From: an uncultured Bacilli bacterium
GTDB lineage: Bacteria > Bacillota_I > Bacilli_A > RF39 > UBA660
Assembly (NCBI GenBank): GCA_947629445.1
Contig: CANRDU010000001.1
Location: 68,642-132,641, forward strand
Length of the DNA: 64,000 nt
Direction: 5' to 3'
Of this stretch, positions 59,061-64,000 are shown piece by piece; the stretch's first letter is position 1; each line of letters opens with the position of its first letter. The notes below the pieces were generated by a model that was not told the origin of the DNA, did not search any database, and worked only from the letters and a program-made list of their open reading frames with translations. The translations under genes and the position numbers were made by a program.

Positions 59061-59897
59061 TCATTGATTCTCTTCTTTTTTCATATTCTTCGTATACTTT
59101 TTTTGTTTATTTTCTTTATAAACAGTATCCCCTATTACTTCGCTATAAATAATCTTTCTAAGTTCCCTTAACGTATCTAATCTCTCTTCCCTTTTATGAA
59201 TCATCGTAGGTAGAAACTCAGAAGGTCCTAATTCCCCTAAGGAATGAACCTTTTGTTCTTCTTCATCATCTAATTCTGGTTGCATAGTCTCTTGTACTAC
59301 CATTTTCTTAGTGGCATTTTCTTCTATTCTTTTATATTTCCTTTTATAAGATACTGCTGTTATCACTTGCAAAGAACAAGTACAAGCAAAAACACTATAG
59401 AATAACCAGCTTGGAACATAGGAGGAAATAAGTCCTAAACCAATTAACGGGAATAAGAAACCTGTCTTAATTTTACCAACAAATAAAGATTTTGGATCTT
59501 GTTGCTTTAACTTTGCCTGCGTATTAATGGAAGCAATTATTCCTTCTAATAATAAATTAAAAAGTAATATAGGATGAGCAAAACTATTCGCAAGCAGAAG
59601 CGTTCCCGCAAACAACTTATCACAGAAAGCATCTAAATCTTTTCCCAGTTCGGATGTGAAATGAAAAGTACGAGCAATAAAACCATCTACTAGATCTGTA
59701 GCTGAAAAAAGAACAATAAAGCCAATCAGTAAGGGAAGATTAGCACAAAAAGCTGCTGGTAATATTAAAAAAGGCGCTAATAATCTCGTAGATGTTAAAA
59801 TATTTGGTATTTGATACTTTCTTCTACCTTTGGTCTTTAAATCTTGTAAAGCTTCCTGAATCATTTTTTTATAACGACCCCATTCTTCTTTTATCAT
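59061..59897 (-). CDS. CDP-alcohol phosphatidyltransferase (PgsA-like) with soluble C-terminal extension
   Basis: IPNILT and TDLVDGFIAR..SELGKDLDAFCDK motifs. Confidence 0.88.
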   Translation of the reverse strand: MIKEEWGRYKKMIQEALQDLKTKGRRKYQIPNILTSTRLLAPFLILPAAFCANLPLLIGFIVLFSATDLVDGFIARTFHFTSELGKDLDAFCDKLFAGTLLLANSFAHPILLFNLLLEGIIASINTQAKLKQQDPKSLFVGKIKTGFLFPLIGLGLISSYVPSWLFYSVFACTCSLQVITAVSYKRKYKRIEENATKKMVVQETMQPELDDEEEQKVHSLGELGPSEFLPTMIHKREERLDTLRELRKIIYSEVIGDTVYKENKQKKYTKNMKKEENQ

Positions 59898-59968
59898 ATT
59901 TTCTCCTCCTGCCAGTGAACTATTGTATAATACATTTTTAAAGTTGTCAAACTAAATAAAAAGAAAGC

Positions 59969-62170
59969 TTATGCTTCCTTTTCTGGTTCTTCTTCTTTCT
60001 TACTATCATCTGTATCATCTGTACTTTGTAAGGTTAACTTGAGGATATCTTTCGTATCCAGCTTTGTCCCTGGCTTGATACTTTGATTGGTTACAAAGCC
60101 ATGTCCTTCTATTGAATAAGGAATATTAGCAAGAGTGGCATACGTAACAACATCATTCTTAGACCAACCAACTAAATCCTCTAGGGTAACCGTATTTCCA
60201 TTGGTTACTAAAAACACTTTATCTTTCGTAATGATACTAGCACCTTTCTTAGGGTACTGATTCACAACCGTATGTCCATCGCCAATGGTAATAACTTCTA
60301 CTCCTTCTTTGCTAAGAATACTTTTTGCTCGATCCACTTCCATGTTGATATAGGAATCTAAAGAATAACTTTTAACATCCATCTCATCAACGGACTCTGC
60401 AAATATATTCTTATATTTAGCAATATTACGAAGTACTTCTTTTACTGGTGTTGCTAAAATGGTACTGGTGGAAGTAGATGGTTTTTTCATCGCTGCATAA
60501 ACAATAATTTGAGGATCATCTTTTGGAAACATTCCCGCAAAAGAAATTAGATAATTACTATCTCCCTGCAAGTAATGTCCGTCTTCCCATATTTGAGCAG
60601 TACCAGTCTTTCCAATAATATCAAATCCTTCAATTCCATAATACCGTCCTACGGCAAATGAACTATTTACCGCCTTATACATTAAGTCTCGCATTTGTAA
60701 AACGCTTTCCTTTTGTACTAATTGTCCGGTTTTAATGATTTTACTTTCTATTTCTGTACCGGTTTCCTTATTTACAATTTTCTTAATGATATGTGGTTTT
60801 ACCATCACTCCGTCATTCGCAATAATAGATAAAGCTTGAAGAATTTGGATAGCCGTAACAGAGAATCCCTGTCCATAACTAACAGATAACCAATCTAGTT
60901 CAATATTTTCATTGAAATCTACGTTTCCTGTTGCCTCTTTACTAAGTTCACTTACTTCCGTACTTAACTCAATTCCCGTTTCAGAACCAAAGCCAAATTT
61001 CTTTAAGCATCCCTTTAATTCTGACGGTGAGAGATACTCTTTGGCAACATGCATAGCTCCTACATTACTAGAGTATTGGTATCCAGTATCATAACTAATC
61101 TTTCCCCATCCATACCGATTCCAATCATATACTCGATTTGGTCCTACTTTATAAGAACCAGATTGATATTCCTTCGTTCCATCATAATTTCCCGTATCAA
61201 TAGCACATAAATACGTAAATGTTTTCATAACAGAACCTGGTTCATATGGTTCAGAAATTAAATGATTTTTATAGTCCATATTTTGAGGAAGAGAATTAGG
61301 ATTAAAAGTAGGACTAGTTGCACTTCCTAAAATTTCTCCTGTTTTAGCATCCATGATGGCAATTAACATCCACTCTGGTTTGTATTGATCTGAAGTTTCT
61401 TTCACTGCTGCTTCTAGAAAACGTTGAATAGTAGAATCAAGAGTAAGATAAATATCACTTCCATCAATAGCTTCCACTCTAGTTTCTGGAGTATCTGGAA
61501 TTTGATATCCATATAAATCTTTTTGATAAGTTAGACTTCCATTGATACCTTTTAACAAATCTTCCTTGGCTAACTCTACTCCCATTTCCCCTTCAATAGC
61601 ATCAGAATCTCTTCTTTTCGCATACCCTATAATATAGGAAGCGAAAGTTCCATTTGGATAAAAGCGTTGAGTAGACTCAATAAAATCTAAGCCAGGGAGT
61701 TCTAAATTTTCGATTTCTAACTTGGTTAATTCGGTAATTTTAGATCCATATACTCCAAATTCTACTTGATAAGCACCCTCAACTTGTAATCTAGCAAGGA
61801 GATATTCATAAGGAGCATCTAATACTTTAGATAACGCTTGTGCCGTAGCTTCCTTATCCACGACGTGCTGCGGATTATCGATATCCGTAGTTCTAGAAGG
61901 ATCCAGATAGGCAATTAAGGTATAGGAAGACACATTGAGCGCTAAAGCTCTACCATCACGGTCATAGATAGTTCCTCTTTTCGCCAATAATTCTTTATCT
62001 ACTGTAATTCTATCTTGAGAAAATTGTTTTAGATTTACACCATCTATCTCCTTAGCCAATGATAAATACGTAAATCTTCCCATTAAAAGCAAAATAAAAA
62101 AGAGAAAAATTAAAAGTACATATTTTGGCTCACGCCAACTTTTTACGACTGTATGTTTTTCTCTTTTCAT
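59969..62170 (-). CDS. pbpB: Class B penicillin-binding protein (PBP2B/FtsI-like, two PASTA domains)
   Basis: RGTIYDRDG, EPGSVMK (SxxK), SSN and KTGTAQ motifs; follows ftsL. Confidence 0.9.
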   Translation of the reverse strand: MKREKHTVVKSWREPKYVLLIFLFFILLLMGRFTYLSLAKEIDGVNLKQFSQDRITVDKELLAKRGTIYDRDGRALALNVSSYTLIAYLDPSRTTDIDNPQHVVDKEATAQALSKVLDAPYEYLLARLQVEGAYQVEFGVYGSKITELTKLEIENLELPGLDFIESTQRFYPNGTFASYIIGYAKRRDSDAIEGEMGVELAKEDLLKGINGSLTYQKDLYGYQIPDTPETRVEAIDGSDIYLTLDSTIQRFLEAAVKETSDQYKPEWMLIAIMDAKTGEILGSATSPTFNPNSLPQNMDYKNHLISEPYEPGSVMKTFTYLCAIDTGNYDGTKEYQSGSYKVGPNRVYDWNRYGWGKISYDTGYQYSSNVGAMHVAKEYLSPSELKGCLKKFGFGSETGIELSTEVSELSKEATGNVDFNENIELDWLSVSYGQGFSVTAIQILQALSIIANDGVMVKPHIIKKIVNKETGTEIESKIIKTGQLVQKESVLQMRDLMYKAVNSSFAVGRYYGIEGFDIIGKTGTAQIWEDGHYLQGDSNYLISFAGMFPKDDPQIIVYAAMKKPSTSTSTILATPVKEVLRNIAKYKNIFAESVDEMDVKSYSLDSYINMEVDRAKSILSKEGVEVITIGDGHTVVNQYPKKGASIITKDKVFLVTNGNTVTLEDLVGWSKNDVVTYATLANIPYSIEGHGFVTNQSIKPGTKLDTKDILKLTLQSTDDTDDSKKEEEPEKEA

Positions 62171-62198
62171 ATCATCACCATAATTATTATAACATATT

Positions 62199-62489
62199 TT
62201 ATTTGTTGATAACAATGATGTTTTCGTTATTATAAGCAAGACCTAATTCTTTAATAACACTACTAACATTTTCATAAGAAGTTAATTCATTTACCTGCAT
62301 CGTTAAGGATTCATTTTTCTTTTCTTGAACCTCTATATTGTAATTTACTTTTTCAATATTCATTTTTAAATTACTAATTTGAGCTCCAAAAAAGATTTTA
62401 CTAGCAAATAAGGCGATAAAAGCAATAACTCCCAATGTATAAATCATTTTCTCTTTTCTGGTAATTCTTGCTTTTCTTGCTTTTTTCAT
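62199..62489 (-). CDS. ftsL: Cell division protein FtsL-like
   Basis: Basic N-terminus, TM helix and coiled coil; between rsmH and pbpB. Confidence 0.75.
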   Translation of the reverse strand: MKKARKARITRKEKMIYTLGVIAFIALFASKIFFGAQISNLKMNIEKVNYNIEVQEKKNESLTMQVNELTSYENVSSVIKELGLAYNNENIIVINK

Positions 62490-62494
62490 TATTA

Positions 62495-63403
62495 TCAACC
62501 TAATCTTTCTATTATTCTTAACTTCGCACTACGAGCACGAGGATTTTCTTCTAACTCTTCTTTACTTGGGGTTATTGTCTTGACGATTTTGTATTTTGGA
62601 AGATATTCTTCGGGAACAACTGGTAGTTGTTTCAAGGAGGCATCTAATTCTGTTACCTCTTTAAAAATTTCCTTACAAATTTTATCTTCCAACGAATGAA
62701 AAGTAATCACACAAATACGACCACCTACTGATAGCAAATTTAAAGCTTGTCTTAAACTTTCCTCAAAAGCATTCAATTCATCATTGACTTCAATACGAAT
62801 GGCTTGAAATACTTTTCTAGCAGGATGTTTTTCACGACGGTACTTTTCCGGTACAGACTTTTTTATCACTTCTACTAACTCTAGGGTAGTATGGATTGGT
62901 CTACTTTCTATGATGCCTCTTGCAATACTTGGTGCATATTTTTCCTCGCCATAATTTCTAAAAATACTAACTAAGTCATCATAGTCGTAATGATTTACTA
63001 CTTCTTCCGCTGTTAAAAACTGATTTTGATTCATTCGCATATCCAAAATAGCATCCTGATGGAAACTAAATCCCCTTTCTGCTTCATCTAATTGAGGACT
63101 AGACACCCCTAAATCATAGAGGATACCATCTACCTTATCTATTTTACGATGCGCTAATTCTTCTTTTATATAACGAAAATTAGAGGGAATAATGTCAAAA
63201 TTTTGAGCAATTTCTTCTAATCTTCTTTGGCTATTTTTAATTGCCTCTTCATCTTGATCAAAGGCAAAGAGGAAGCCCCTTTTCACTCTTTTTAAAATTT
63301 CACTACTATGTCCTCCGTAACCTAACGTGCAATCAACGATAATACTATCTTCCCGCAAATTTAAATAATGGATACATTCTTCTAGCAATACGCTTTTATG
63401 CAT
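62495..63403 (-). CDS. rsmH: 16S rRNA m4C1402 methyltransferase
   Basis: HKSVLL, DCTLGYGGHS, DLGVSSPQLD, FHSLED and NPRARSAKLR motifs. Confidence 0.97.
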   Translation of the reverse strand: MHKSVLLEECIHYLNLREDSIIVDCTLGYGGHSSEILKRVKRGFLFAFDQDEEAIKNSQRRLEEIAQNFDIIPSNFRYIKEELAHRKIDKVDGILYDLGVSSPQLDEAERGFSFHQDAILDMRMNQNQFLTAEEVVNHYDYDDLVSIFRNYGEEKYAPSIARGIIESRPIHTTLELVEVIKKSVPEKYRREKHPARKVFQAIRIEVNDELNAFEESLRQALNLLSVGGRICVITFHSLEDKICKEIFKEVTELDASLKQLPVVPEEYLPKYKIVKTITPSKEELEENPRARSAKLRIIERLG

Positions 63404-63411
63404 AATTCCTC

Positions 63412-63846
63412 CTAATTATTTAAACTGGTTGCAAATAAGTTATCGGCAATCTCAGACAAGTTTTCTTCATTGGTTGTAATGAAGTTTTCCCAGCGGTCTT
63501 TACTCCAAACTTCAAGTCTCTCATCTACCCCAATGATAATGCAATCTTTTTCTAAATTAGCATATTCCATTAGAGGAACAGGTATATTTACTCTTCCCTG
63601 TTTGTCGAGTTCACATATAGTAGCGCCCGATAAAAATATTCTCATGAAGTAACGGCGGTCTTTCGTGTCAGGTAATCGCTTATACTTTTGGATAATTGCA
63701 TCCCATTCCGTCTTGGGGTAAATAAATAAACATCCCTCAAGCCCACGGGTAACAATGAACTCATCACCTAAATCTTCTCTTACTCTAGAAGGGATAATGA
63801 GTCTTCCTTTCATATCTATGGCATGATGATACTCACCCATAAACAT
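63412..63846 (-). CDS. mraZ: Transcriptional regulator MraZ
   Basis: FMGEYHHAIDMKGR and ELDKQGR repeats; SD GGGGTGA. Confidence 0.96.
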   Translation of the reverse strand: MFMGEYHHAIDMKGRLIIPSRVREDLGDEFIVTRGLEGCLFIYPKTEWDAIIQKYKRLPDTKDRRYFMRIFLSGATICELDKQGRVNIPVPLMEYANLEKDCIIIGVDERLEVWSKDRWENFITTNEENLSEIADNLFATSLNN

Positions 63847-63856
63847 AAGAATCACC

Positions 63857-63921
63857 CCACTTTTAACCACTTTCATCCACTGTGTACCACCATTATACCC
63901 CATCTTCTGTTTTCTTGTAAA
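63857..63921 (-). promoter_or_regulatory. mraZ promoter with four MraZ-binding GTGG boxes
   Basis: GTGG at 10-bp spacing (plus-strand CCAC at 63857, 63867, 63877, 63887); TTTACA-18-TATAAT upstream. Confidence 0.85.
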
Positions 63922-64000
63922 TACTTTTTCCCCTATTTTATGAAAAAATGTCAACTAAATTTGTCAAAAAAAGAGGATATACCCTCTTTTAAAATAGACA

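Overview
AT-rich chromosomal window from a Bacillota (Bacilli-like) genome, translation table 11. Sporulation-type genes and short unknown ORFs suggest an uncultured gut lineage such as RF39; this is inference, not a database result. Left to right: (1) a partial AAA+ ATPase missing from the ORF track; class I lysS behind a Lys-rich leader peptide and terminator; archaeal-type aspS behind an Asp (GAC) T-box. (2) An accessory region (~5-18 kb) around tRNA-Leu(GAG) and a tRNA-Thr pair, with a dual RxxxxH (HEPN-like) protein, a 1638-aa NPCBM/F5-8C surface protein, an ARH-MazG-like-Nudix operon and a decayed sortase substrate. (3) Housekeeping genes pyrG, mtaB, rsmE, cvpA, rnhC, murC. (4) A Gram-positive tad/Flp pilus locus. 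(5) A hybrid histidine kinase, an acyl-CoA ligase and a second 1859-aa surface-protein paralogue. (6) A rearranged dcw cluster: mraZ-rsmH-ftsL-pbpB-[lipid genes]-spoVD-[...]-mraY-spoVE. Top finding: spoVD is split exactly at its catalytic SxxK motif by a 3,230-bp element. The element carries a large serine recombinase, a tiny candidate directionality factor behind a sigmaE-like promoter, and a two-gene cargo with an ADP-ribosyltransferase-like motif set. Recombination at the shared TTTAAAA core would restore an in-frame 635-aa SpoVD, as in skin-like, developmentally excised gene-intervening elements.
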